Origin: Streptosporangiaceae bacterium
GTDB taxonomy: Bacteria; Actinomycetota; Actinomycetes; Streptosporangiales; Streptosporangiaceae
Assembly: GCA_036497045.1 (NCBI GenBank)
Contig: DASXKD010000048.1
Span: 1-61,284 of the forward strand
Reading direction: 5' to 3'
Length of the DNA: 61,284 nt
Shown here: in pieces, positions 9,335-17,658 of the stretch
How positions within the stretch are numbered: position 1 is the first letter of the stretch
Layout of the letters: every line of letters starts with the position of its first letter
Translations under genes and position numbers: made by a program
The notes under the pieces: model-generated
Seen by the model: only the letters and a program-made list of their open reading frames with translations
What the model was told of the DNA's origin: nothing
Database searches by the model: none

Positions 9335-9901
9335 ATGTCTGACATCGCCGAATTGCACGCACAGGCACTCGACCAGACCGGCCGCATCGTGGCCGGGATC
9401 AAGCCAGACCAGTGGCAGGCGGATACGCCGTGCGACGGCTGGGATGTGCACGCACTGCTCAACCACCTGGTCGCCGGGAACCTCTGGGCGGCCGAGCTTG
9501 GTGCCGGGGCGACCATTAAGGACGTCGGAGACCGCCTCGACGGTGACGTGCTCGGCGCCGATCCGGCAGCTTCCTACGCCACCTCGGCCGCGACAGCGGC
9601 GGCGACGTTCCGCAGGCCCGGTGCTCTGGACGCACCGTGTGCCGTCTCCTACGGGCCGGTGCCAGGGTCGGTCTATGCCGGGCACCGCTTCCTCGACGTT
9701 CTCGTCCATGGCTGGGACCTGGCTGTCGCCACCGCGCAGGACCCAGAACTCGATCCCGGCCTCATCAAGGCCTGCCATGACGTCATCGAGCCGCAGGCGG
9801 CAGCGTTCCGCGCAGCGGGCGTACTTGGCGACGAACAACCGGTCCCGCCGGAGGCGACCGACCAGCAGCGGTTCCTGGCGATGCTCGGCCGGCGGGGATG
9901 A
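9335..9901 (+). CDS. DinB/MDMPI_N (TIGR03086-like) family protein
   Basis: 188 aa, QWQADTPCDGWDVHALLNHLVAGNLW...FLDVLVHGWDL. The stop overlaps the next start (ATGA). Confidence 0.85.
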   Translation: MSDIAELHAQALDQTGRIVAGIKPDQWQADTPCDGWDVHALLNHLVAGNLWAAELGAGATIKDVGDRLDGDVLGADPAASYATSAATAAATFRRPGALDAPCAVSYGPVPGSVYAGHRFLDVLVHGWDLAVATAQDPELDPGLIKACHDVIEPQAAAFRAAGVLGDEQPVPPEATDQQRFLAMLGRRG

Positions 9902-10908
9902 ATTCCGTGGCTACCTGGCCCGTCTCGGACGTGCTGGCCCGGGCTACCAAGCGCGAGTCCGTGCAGCCCGATGACGCCAGGGCCGGTGCCGACTACCAGC
10001 GCGTCGTGGCGGACGGGCAGGCCTACTTTCTCAAGCGGCTCAGCCCGGCCACCGACTGGATCATGCGGGCCACGGGCGACCACGTGCACCGTCCCTACCT
10101 GGTATGGCGGGCCGGGATCATGGACAAGGCCCCCGGCTGCATTGACCACACGGTCGTGGCCATGGAGGTAGCCGGAAAAGGCGACGATGCGACACTCAGC
10201 GTGCTGATGCGCGACGTCGGCGCGTGCCTCGTACCGCCCGGCGACACCCAGGTGCCGCTGTCCCAGCACGCCGGCTTCCTCGCGCACATGGCCGAGTTGG
10301 CCGCCGCGTTTTGGGGCTGGAGTGACGACATCGGCCTGACTACCATGCCGCAGCGGTTGCGGTTCTTCGCACCGGACAACATCGCCGCCGAGCTGACCGC
10401 CGGTGACGTGCCAGGACCGATCGCAGCGGCGGCCGAGGGATGGCGCCGGCTGCCCGGGCTGTCGGCTCTGCTCTGGGACATCGCCACGCTGGTGCATGAG
10501 CGGCCCGAGGTCGTCGCCGCGCCGCTTGGCCGGACACCGCCGACGTTCCTTCACGGTGACTGGAAGATGGGCAACCTGGGCAGCTACCCCGACGGGCGGA
10601 CGATCCTGCTCGACTGGGCCTACCCGGGCTCCGGACCGGCGTGCTGGGACCTCTGCTGGTATCTGGCACTGAACAGGGCAAGGCTCCCCGAGCCGAAGGA
10701 CGCGGCGATCGACCGGTTCCGTGCCGCGCTGGAGGAACACGGCATCAGCACGGACCCGTGGTGGGAGCGCCAGCTCGACCTCTGCGTGATCGGCATCATG
10801 GCCACGTTCGGGTGGGAGAAAGCGCTCGGCGACCCCGGCGAGCTGCACTGGTGGCAGGATCGGGTCGCCCGCGCCGCTGAGCGGTGTGGCATCACGCCCA
10901 GCCGGTGA
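9898..10908 (+). CDS. Aminoglycoside-phosphotransferase-like (APH/choline-kinase fold) kinase
   Basis: 336 aa with the catalytic-loop motif FLHGDWKMGNLG followed by ILLDWAY. Confidence 0.8.
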   Translation: MNSVATWPVSDVLARATKRESVQPDDARAGADYQRVVADGQAYFLKRLSPATDWIMRATGDHVHRPYLVWRAGIMDKAPGCIDHTVVAMEVAGKGDDATLSVLMRDVGACLVPPGDTQVPLSQHAGFLAHMAELAAAFWGWSDDIGLTTMPQRLRFFAPDNIAAELTAGDVPGPIAAAAEGWRRLPGLSALLWDIATLVHERPEVVAAPLGRTPPTFLHGDWKMGNLGSYPDGRTILLDWAYPGSGPACWDLCWYLALNRARLPEPKDAAIDRFRAALEEHGISTDPWWERQLDLCVIGIMATFGWEKALGDPGELHWWQDRVARAAERCGITPSR

Positions 10909-11731
10909 CCTGGTGCCCGCGGATCACTACGCCGCCTCCGGGCCACGCTGGGCGCTCGGCGCCGAACTGGTGTACCGGCCCATCGCTGCCGCACTGGTCG
11001 CGACGAGCCCGCACCGGCTGAGCGGGCGCACGGTCCTGGATGCCGGTGCCGGCACCGGAGCGGCCAGCTCAGCGCTGCGGCGCCGCGGCGCGCAGGTTCT
11101 CGCGACGGACCTGTCCGCTGCCATGCTCGCCTGGGACGCGACAGTCCGGCCGCCATGCGCGGTTGCGGACATCCGCGCACTGCCGCTTGCGGACAGCTCG
11201 GTCGACGATGTGGTCGCGGCGTTCGTGCTCAACCATCTCTCCGACCCGGTAAGCGGCCTGAACGAACTGGCCCGCGTCACTCGGCCGGGCGGCGCGATTC
11301 TGGCTGCCGTGTTCGCCAATGAGAGCCGCAGCGCGGCCAGGGACCGTATCGATGCCGCCGCTGGCGCGGCGGGCTGGCAGGCGCCCGCCTGGTATCGCGA
11401 GATGAAGACCGCCGCGGTGCCGATGCTGGGCACCGCCGAGGCCATGGCGGCCGCTGCGCGTGTGGCCGGGCTGGCCCGCGTGTACTCCGAAGTGCGCCAG
11501 GTCGATGTCGGCGTCACAGAGCCCGGGCAGCTGGTGCGCTACCGCCTCGGCCATCCCGCGTTCGCAGCGTGGCTGGACGCCATCGGCCCGTCACGCGCGG
11601 CGAGCTTCGCCGGCGAAGCCGCGCAGGCAGTGGGTGATGCCATCGCGCCGTACCTGCCCCGCGTGGTCTTCCTCCGCGCGCTCACCGGCACGCGCAACAC
11701 CCGGCGCCATGGGCCCGTGCCCGAATCCTGA
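10886..11731 (+). CDS. Class I SAM-dependent methyltransferase (alternative in-frame GTG start at 10913)
   Basis: Motif I VLDAGAGTGAASSAL. Also DDVVAAFVLNHL and RPGGAIL. Overlaps the kinase gene end. Confidence 0.8.
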   Translation: MASRPAGDLVPADHYAASGPRWALGAELVYRPIAAALVATSPHRLSGRTVLDAGAGTGAASSALRRRGAQVLATDLSAAMLAWDATVRPPCAVADIRALPLADSSVDDVVAAFVLNHLSDPVSGLNELARVTRPGGAILAAVFANESRSAARDRIDAAAGAAGWQAPAWYREMKTAAVPMLGTAEAMAAAARVAGLARVYSEVRQVDVGVTEPGQLVRYRLGHPAFAAWLDAIGPSRAASFAGEAAQAVGDAIAPYLPRVVFLRALTGTRNTRRHGPVPES

Positions 11732-11745
11732 CCGCCTCGTGGGTT

Positions 11746-11768
11746 TTGTCGGACGATGCCGGTACAGT
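11746..11768 (+). promoter_or_regulatory. RecA-NDp/PafBC-like promoter motif TTGTCGGAC-N8-TACAGT
   Basis: TTGTCGGAC (11746-11754), an 8-nt spacer, and TACAGT (11763-11768). The published mycobacterial motif is tTGTCRgtg-N8-TAnnnT. The core TGTCGG, the spacing and the TAnnnT all match. Confidence 0.5.
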
Positions 11769-11778
11769 GGACAGGAGT

Positions 11779-11794
11779 TCGAACTGGTGTTCGA
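11779..11794. promoter_or_regulatory. Perfect actinobacterial LexA (SOS) box TCGAAC-TGGT-GTTCGA
   Basis: Exact match to the TCGAAC-N4-GTTCGA consensus. It starts 10 nt after the TACAGT hexamer. It was the only complete box found when scanning the window by eye. Confidence 0.7.
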
Positions 11795-11812
11795 TAGCAG
11801 ATCCCACTTCCC

Positions 11813-11841
11813 TTGCTGGTCGTACATGTGTTCTAATAATA
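11813..11841 (+). promoter_or_regulatory. Possible housekeeping-type promoter TTGCTG-N17-ATAATA
   Basis: Lies in a short AT-rich patch (gtacatgtgttctaataatagg) downstream of the SOS box. Spacing was counted directly. Confidence 0.3.
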
Positions 11842-12161
11842 GGCATGGCACAGGTCCTGCCCGCGACGGGGTTTCGGCCGACCGATAACCGGCCGGGCGC
11901 CCCAGGGTGGCCCGCAATGTCTCGGCCAGGGATCGCCGCGCCGACGGATGGCGGCATCATCCGGCATCACCACCCGCACCGTCAATCCCTCGCCGAGGCG
12001 CGATGCCGGGCCAAACAGGGGCACGGGCGGGGCTCCGGCTCCGCTGAGCTGCCTGGCATCCACGATCGCCGCCGCGACGGCCGGCCGCCAGCGGCGGGGC
12101 CCACCAGGATCACCACGAGGGTGTGCCCGCCTGGCACAGGACACACGCCAGAGGAGGAACA

Positions 12162-13253
12162 GTGACCACCTATCCCGACCACATCCTCCGCATGGGCAGC
12201 CAGCAGCTCGCCGAGCTGAAGCGGAAGGCCGCCGAGTTCGAGCGCCAGTTGTGGGACGCACACGAGTCGCTCGAGCACGAGGTAGCGCAGTCCTTCGCGC
12301 CAGAGGCCCCGATCAACACTCGGCAGGAGGCCTTCCACAGGAGCCCGGGCGCCACCGAACCCGATGGCGCTGGCGGCGCGCTTGCGGCGGGCCCGGTATC
12401 GGTGCGCGCACCTGCGGACCCGGGGTATGCCCCGGCCGAGCCCGCCGAGCCTGCGTACACCCGGGAGAACCGTACCGCCGACCTGGTCAACCACGGCAGG
12501 CACGGCGCCAAGCGCCGCCATCGGTTCCGTGGCATCCTGCTTGCCGGCGCAGCGGCCGCCGCAGTTGCTGCCCTCGCCACCGTGCTCGTGCTGGACATGT
12601 CACGTCCCAAGCCCGAGTGGCCGGCAAGCGTGGCTCAGGTGCAGCGCGAGATCGCGGTCGCCTGCCAGAACCCCGACATAGCCTCCGAGCCCAGCCAGGT
12701 CAACTTCGCCTGCGCCAAGGGCAGCCGGCAGATTCTCTGGGTTTTCTCCCTGCTTACCAGCGGCAACAACCCTGACTACGCCTCGATCAAGACCGGAAGG
12801 CAGGGCTTGGAACCGATCACTCCGGCCCAGGGCGGGGACGTGGCGTGGTCGCTGAACCTGCACCACCCCTACGACCCGGCCAACCCGATCGACAGCCTCG
12901 AGGTCGCGGCGCGTGCCATCAACAACATCATCGGCGGTGCAACCCTGACCGCCGCGAACGGCAAGCCGGTCGTCCAGTCCGGCCTGCAGAGCGTCTCGGC
13001 CAACTGCGAGCGGTACACCGGCTCGGCAGCGGTCACCTCGCGGCACGGCTTCCCTGACCGGTGCGCCAAGCCGATCAGCGGCGCGGCCGGGCTGGGCTAC
13101 CTGGTGGCGGACGTCTTCCAGAAGTGGGTGGTGGGGGCACCGCCCAGCGCGGCCCAGAATGCCGCTGTCCTGTTCCAGAACGCTAGGAACCCCGGGGATC
13201 CGCGGGTCCGCGCCATCCTCCGATCGTTGCAGTCCTCGAAGTTGCCCGGCTAG
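12162..13253 (+). CDS. Uncharacterised single-pass membrane protein (cytoplasmic coiled-coil/disordered N-terminus, Cys-containing extracytoplasmic domain)
   Basis: GTG at 12162 is preceded by GAGGAGG (12151-12157). Coiled-coil-like LAELKRKAAEFERQLWD. TM segment GILLAGAAAAAVAALATVLVL. The C-terminal domain has paired Cys (VACQNP...FACAKG; SANCERY...PDRCAKP). The ORF track frame begins at 12123. Confidence 0.75.
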   Translation: MTTYPDHILRMGSQQLAELKRKAAEFERQLWDAHESLEHEVAQSFAPEAPINTRQEAFHRSPGATEPDGAGGALAAGPVSVRAPADPGYAPAEPAEPAYTRENRTADLVNHGRHGAKRRHRFRGILLAGAAAAAVAALATVLVLDMSRPKPEWPASVAQVQREIAVACQNPDIASEPSQVNFACAKGSRQILWVFSLLTSGNNPDYASIKTGRQGLEPITPAQGGDVAWSLNLHHPYDPANPIDSLEVAARAINNIIGGATLTAANGKPVVQSGLQSVSANCERYTGSAAVTSRHGFPDRCAKPISGAAGLGYLVADVFQKWVVGAPPSAAQNAAVLFQNARNPGDPRVRAILRSLQSSKLPG

Positions 13254-13313
13254 CCGCGTCCCTGTCCGCCCGCTCCACCTAAGTCTCATCGCCCCGCTTG
13301 GAGGTGTTCTATC

Positions 13314-16300
13314 GTGGCCCCCGCGCCCAGGCCGCAATGGCAGCAGGCAACCGCTCTTATCACCATTGGCGCGGGCGGCATCGCGACGGGGATCTCCTTT
13401 GTGCCGAAGGCACCGGCCGACCTGACCTCCCCGGCCAGCCTGCCGCCGGTCACGCTCCTCGCACTGGAGCATGCGAGCGCCGTTGCGCCTGGCAGGGACG
13501 CCATGCTCCGCTCGGCCATCGTGCACATGGCGCGGCATTTCCTGCGTCTCGCGCAGACCCGCAGCCCGGCGGAGATGGAGGCGATGATCTGGCAGTACGC
13601 GAGCACGGACGGTGCCAACCACGGGCCCTCATGCGCCGCCTTCGCCAGCCTGACACTGGAGCTGGGTTCACACATTGCCGGGCTGGACAGCTGGGTGACC
13701 GGCGGCACCTCCTACCCATGGCCGGTGCACTCGTGGGTGGACGGCCGGGTGGATCCCAATCCGGCATCGCCAGGCGTGGTTTCTGTCCTGCAGGATGCGC
13801 AGAGCCACGGGCGCTGGCGCCCGCTCGGAGACGGCTACGCGCCCCAGCCCGGCGACTGGGTGCTGTTCGACGGCCATGTCGAGGTCGTCACCAAGTACCT
13901 CGGCGGCGTGCTGCACACGATCGGCGGCGACTCGCTGCCGAACCTGTCGGTCAATGCGCACGAGTACGGCGGCTCACTGCAGGGCCAGGGCGTCGCCGGA
14001 TTCGTGGACAACGGTGCCGGCATGTCGACGGCTCCGGCCGGGCCGGCGAACGCCGGCGGCGCCACGCACGGCCAGCGGTCGAGTGCCACACCGGGGAACC
14101 CGGCATCAGGGTCAGCGGCGATGGCGTCGGCAGATCCCTCGCCTCCGGCTGGCCCCGCCTCAGGTGGCACTGCGCCGGGTGGCACTGCCTCTGGTGGCAC
14201 TGCCTGGGGAGGCACTGCCTCGGGTGGCACTGCCTCGGGTGGCCAGGCCTCCGCGGACCCGGTCCGCTCGGTCGGCCCCGTGACCACGGCCAACGCGACC
14301 GGACAGCAGCCCGAGTTTGCGCCGCGCGCCATCCCGCTGCCGCCCACCGTTCCGCAGGCGCGTTTTGGCCAGGTCTCGCGGGCTGTGCCCGCGCAGGGAG
14401 CCTGGCCTGCAGCAGAGCCCACTTCCGGCGCGGCGATGGCGCCGCGGACCGCGCCGGCGGCGCGGGTGGCTGCGGAGCCGCAGCGGCCGGAACGTCACCC
14501 CGCGCGCAACCAGGCCGCCCGTGCCGGCCGGTCAGTGCGACAGGAAAGCGAGCACTCTCAGCGCGCCGCCCGCGGCCAGGCCGCGATCGCAGGCGTCCCG
14601 GCAACGGGCCTCCGGCCAGCCAGGCCTCACTGGGCCCGGCATGGCCAGGCAGCCATCCCGGGACTGCTCAAGCAGGCACACCACCATCCGGGCGACGCGA
14701 GCGCGCTCCCCCCGTACCACCGGCACGACGTGCCGCCGGATGGTACGCCGCTGCCCGGCACGGCAGCCCAGCAGGCCTTCATCAGCCAGGTCGCGAGCGG
14801 CGCCATGGCCACTCAGCGCAAGTACGGCGTGCCAGCCTCCGTCACCATCGCCCAGGCCATCGACGAGTCCGGCTGGGGCCAAAGCGTCCTGGCAACCAAC
14901 GACCACAACCTGTTCGGGATCAAGGGAACCGGCCCGGTGGGGAGTGACGTGCAGCCGACGCAGGAGGTGATCAACGGCCAGCTCGTGAACCTCTCCGCGT
15001 CCTTCCAGATCTATCAGAGCATCGCGCAGGGCATCGACGCCCACGGTCGGCTCCTGGCCCGCAGCGGCGACTACGCGGGTGCCATGGCACAGAGCAAGGA
15101 TCCGAATGCGTTCGCCGCGGCACTGACCGGCATCTACGCCACCGATCCCGGGTACGGCGCGAAGCTCATCCAGCTGATGCAACAGTACGACCTGTACCGC
15201 TTCGACCATGCCGCCGCACGCGGCGACGCATCCGGCGCCGCTAGCGGCGGCGCGCAACCTTCTCGTCCGGCGCACCCCGCGCACCAGGCCGGAGCAACGC
15301 ACGCTGGCGGTGAGCCGCACCGGTCACGCTCACCGCTGCCGCAACCCGGTCCGCGCCCGCGCAAGACCTCGCCTGGCCGCGATCGCCCACCAAGGCCACA
15401 GGATCCGGCACCGATCGGTAACCCATTCCCGGTCCAGCCTGCCCCGCCCGGCATTCCACCGCCGGGGTCGCCGGGGTCGATCGGGAATCCGGTCCCGGTG
15501 CAGCCTGTCCCGATGGCCGGACCGCCGTCTCCGGCATCTGAGCCGCCTGGTCGCAGGGCGGGGACCGGCACAGGCGTGACCGCCCAGCACGCAGGCACGC
15601 CGTCCTCGGGCCGGGCCCCCGATCAGGCACGGACGGTGCCGCCCTCGGGCCCGGCTGCCGATCAGGCAAAGGCGGCTCACCACGAAGCCACGCCGCGCCC
15701 GGCAGCAGTGCTCTACCCGGGCCGCTCCGCCCGGCCCGCTCCCCTGGCGCATCCGGCACGCCCCACGGGCCTGGCACGCACGTCCAGTCCCGCACCGAGC
15801 GGCGATCCCGGCACAAACGCAGGGCCGGGGCGGGTGCAGCAGCCCGGACGCGGGGCATACCCCGCGCCTGTCCCGAGCCGCTCCGGGGCTGCCGCATGGA
15901 ACGGGCAGCCGGCGCGGCAGGCCCCGCCCGGCTCGGGTACCGGGCAAGCCCTGCCCAATACGTCCGCCGATGCGGCGATCCCGGGCGTGCCCAGTGTTGT
16001 TGCCCCGCAGGCAGGACGTGGGCATGCACGCCTTCCGGCTAGCCGCCTGCGGCCCGCACACCCGGCGGGCCGGGCCACCAGGCCGGCGGTCCGGCCTCAC
16101 CTCGCCGGGCCAACGGCCCCCGGCAAGGCCGCCGGGACCCACGCCGGGGCCCAGCAAGCAGCCGCACCAGCCGTCCCGGCACAGCACGCTAGCCCCGGCG
16201 CGCCGCGAACGCCGGGGAACACCGCTCCGGCAGGAGCCGCACCCGTGGGTAGCCAGGCAGGCAGCGCGATCATCCCTGGCCTTCAGCACGACGGTCTCGG

Positions 16301-17636
16301 GGCACATGTGGCCGCCGGATTGTCCGACGGAGGGACGGCTGCGCCCGGTAACGCTGCTGCGGCCACAGCCCAGCCGGGCGGAAGCAGCATTCCTGGCGCC
16401 CAGCAGGGCGCAGCAGCCGGATCGGCGGCCCAGGCCGCGAGATCAGGAGCGCCGGCCACGGCACCCTGGCCCTCGTCGGGCGCACCGGGCCACCCAGCAG
16501 CGGGACCCAGCCACCTGGCCGGCGCAGCCGGCCAGCCAGCGACGACGCCCGGCCGTGCCTCGGGCGCAGCTGGCCGGCCAGCGGCGGCGGCACCGGGCCC
16601 TGCGACCACCGGACCCAGGCGCGCGACTGCACCCGGCGACCCAGCGGCGCCACCGGGCCGAGCGGCGGCCGCACCGAGCCGCCCGGCGGCTGCACCAAGG
16701 CGCCCGGCGCAGCTACGTCGCGCCGCTCCACCGCCGGCCGCACCGGCCCCCGCTCCAGCGCACCCGGGCCTGGCACCCGCCAGGCCGCTCCCGGCGCCCA
16801 CCAATTCGGTCCCAGCGCACGCCAGCCCAGTCCCGGCGGCCGGCAACCCGATGCCGACCGCCGCGAGCGCGCCGGCGCCGGGCGGCGCGGACGTTCCCGC
16901 CCTTGTCCATGGCGCGCCCGCCACGGCGCCGAACGGTCCGAACGGTCCGGTCGGCACCACGGCCGACTCCAACGCCGGCTCGGCCGCCCCGGCGGCTCCG
17001 GCAGGCAGCTCCGGCGCAGCGCCTGGCGGGTCACCGGCCGCAGGGCCAGCTCCCGTCGCCAGCGCCACGCTGACCGTCTACCGCGCACACATGCCGCCGT
17101 CGGTCCGCGAGGCGTTCGTCACCTCGGCCAAGATGCCGCTGGTCCGCGCCGAGCCGCTCTACCGCGACGTGGCCAGCCACACCGGCATCCGCTGGGAGAT
17201 CCTGGCCGCATGTGACTGGATGCAGTGCAGGGCACGGCACGGGTACTCCCCGGTCTACGGGGAGAGGCTCGGCGCACTCAACCCGGATGACACGTGCTAC
17301 CGGACCAAGTCGGCCGCCCTCGAGCAGTGCGCGTCCGATCTGGTCCAACTGGCTCGTTCGGTCTATCAAGTCGACATCGCCACCGGTCAGGAACTGACGA
17401 TCCGCGATCTGGCGAACGTGTTCGCGGCGTACCGCTGGGGCGGCCTGCTCACGCAGCACAGCACTTCGGCCATGGACTTCCCGTACTCGGTCGCCGGCCT
17501 CACCGCCGACCACACCCACATGCGCTGGCCCAACATCGACGATCCGAACGCGCCGGACAAGCCAGGCAGCCGATTCCGTCAGCCGTTCGGCGCCGTCCCC
17601 GTCGTCCTCGGTCTCAACTACCAGGCGCTCATGTAG
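13314..17636 (+). CDS. Giant membrane-anchored peptidoglycan hydrolase: CHAP-type amidase + GH73 N-acetylglucosaminidase + long Pro/Ala-rich linkers + C-terminal SLT-like domain
   Basis: GGAGG lies 10 nt upstream of the GTG start. N-terminal anchor ATALITIGAGGIATGISFV. CHAP-like Cys (GPSCAAFASL) and His (GDWVLFDGHVEVV...HTIGGDS). GH73 motif YGVPASVTIAQAIDESGWGQS...NLFGIKG. C-terminal GIRWEILAACDWMQC. One continuous 1440-codon frame joins all domains. Confidence 0.8.
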   Translation: MAPAPRPQWQQATALITIGAGGIATGISFVPKAPADLTSPASLPPVTLLALEHASAVAPGRDAMLRSAIVHMARHFLRLAQTRSPAEMEAMIWQYASTDGANHGPSCAAFASLTLELGSHIAGLDSWVTGGTSYPWPVHSWVDGRVDPNPASPGVVSVLQDAQSHGRWRPLGDGYAPQPGDWVLFDGHVEVVTKYLGGVLHTIGGDSLPNLSVNAHEYGGSLQGQGVAGFVDNGAGMSTAPAGPANAGGATHGQRSSATPGNPASGSAAMASADPSPPAGPASGGTAPGGTASGGTAWGGTASGGTASGGQASADPVRSVGPVTTANATGQQPEFAPRAIPLPPTVPQARFGQVSRAVPAQGAWPAAEPTSGAAMAPRTAPAARVAAEPQRPERHPARNQAARAGRSVRQESEHSQRAARGQAAIAGVPATGLRPARPHWARHGQAAIPGLLKQAHHHPGDASALPPYHRHDVPPDGTPLPGTAAQQAFISQVASGAMATQRKYGVPASVTIAQAIDESGWGQSVLATNDHNLFGIKGTGPVGSDVQPTQEVINGQLVNLSASFQIYQSIAQGIDAHGRLLARSGDYAGAMAQSKDPNAFAAALTGIYATDPGYGAKLIQLMQQYDLYRFDHAAARGDASGAASGGAQPSRPAHPAHQAGATHAGGEPHRSRSPLPQPGPRPRKTSPGRDRPPRPQDPAPIGNPFPVQPAPPGIPPPGSPGSIGNPVPVQPVPMAGPPSPASEPPGRRAGTGTGVTAQHAGTPSSGRAPDQARTVPPSGPAADQAKAAHHEATPRPAAVLYPGRSARPAPLAHPARPTGLARTSSPAPSGDPGTNAGPGRVQQPGRGAYPAPVPSRSGAAAWNGQPARQAPPGSGTGQALPNTSADAAIPGVPSVVAPQAGRGHARLPASRLRPAHPAGRATRPAVRPHLAGPTAPGKAAGTHAGAQQAAAPAVPAQHASPGAPRTPGNTAPAGAAPVGSQAGSAIIPGLQHDGLGAHVAAGLSDGGTAAPGNAAAATAQPGGSSIPGAQQGAAAGSAAQAARSGAPATAPWPSSGAPGHPAAGPSHLAGAAGQPATTPGRASGAAGRPAAAAPGPATTGPRRATAPGDPAAPPGRAAAAPSRPAAAPRRPAQLRRAAPPPAAPAPAPAHPGLAPARPLPAPTNSVPAHASPVPAAGNPMPTAASAPAPGGADVPALVHGAPATAPNGPNGPVGTTADSNAGSAAPAAPAGSSGAAPGGSPAAGPAPVASATLTVYRAHMPPSVREAFVTSAKMPLVRAEPLYRDVASHTGIRWEILAACDWMQCRARHGYSPVYGERLGALNPDDTCYRTKSAALEQCASDLVQLARSVYQVDIATGQELTIRDLANVFAAYRWGGLLTQHSTSAMDFPYSVAGLTADHTHMRWPNIDDPNAPDKPGSRFRQPFGAVPVVLGLNYQALM
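14164..14253. repeat. 6 x 15-nt in-frame tandem repeat (GGTGGCACTGCCTCG consensus)
   Basis: Units start at 14164, 14179, 14194, 14209, 14224 and 14239. They encode GGTAPGGTASGGTAWGGTASGGTASGGQAS within the hydrolase linker. Confidence 0.9.
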
Positions 17637-17658
17637 CTGCCGCCCGCACAACGGAGAG

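Noticed and set aside
11771-11795. GGAGTTCGAACTGG looked like a tRNA T-arm (GTTCGAA).
   Set aside because: The flanks cannot form an acceptor, D-arm or anticodon arm. The sequence is fully explained as the palindromic LexA box TCGAAC-N4-GTTCGA.
11850-12010. Minus-strand stretch LTVRVVMPDDAAIRRRG resembling the N-terminus of a NarL-type response regulator.
   Set aside because: The similarity lasts about 15 residues, then dissolves in all frames. At best it is a highly decayed remnant.
11845-12165. 106-codon ORF (MAQVLPATGFRPTDN...) starting in the AT-rich patch and ending in a GTGA overlap with the 12162 start.
   Set aside because: It is Pro/Gly/Arg-rich. Its third-position GC is only slightly above background. 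It has no RBS and no motif. A leaderless small protein or leader peptide cannot be excluded.
15970-17073. Independent genes inside the Pro/Ala tract of the hydrolase (367-aa + strand ORF, and 261- to 325-aa minus-strand ORFs).
   Set aside because: These are pure low-complexity translations. Only the 13314-17636 frame is flanked by recognisable domains.
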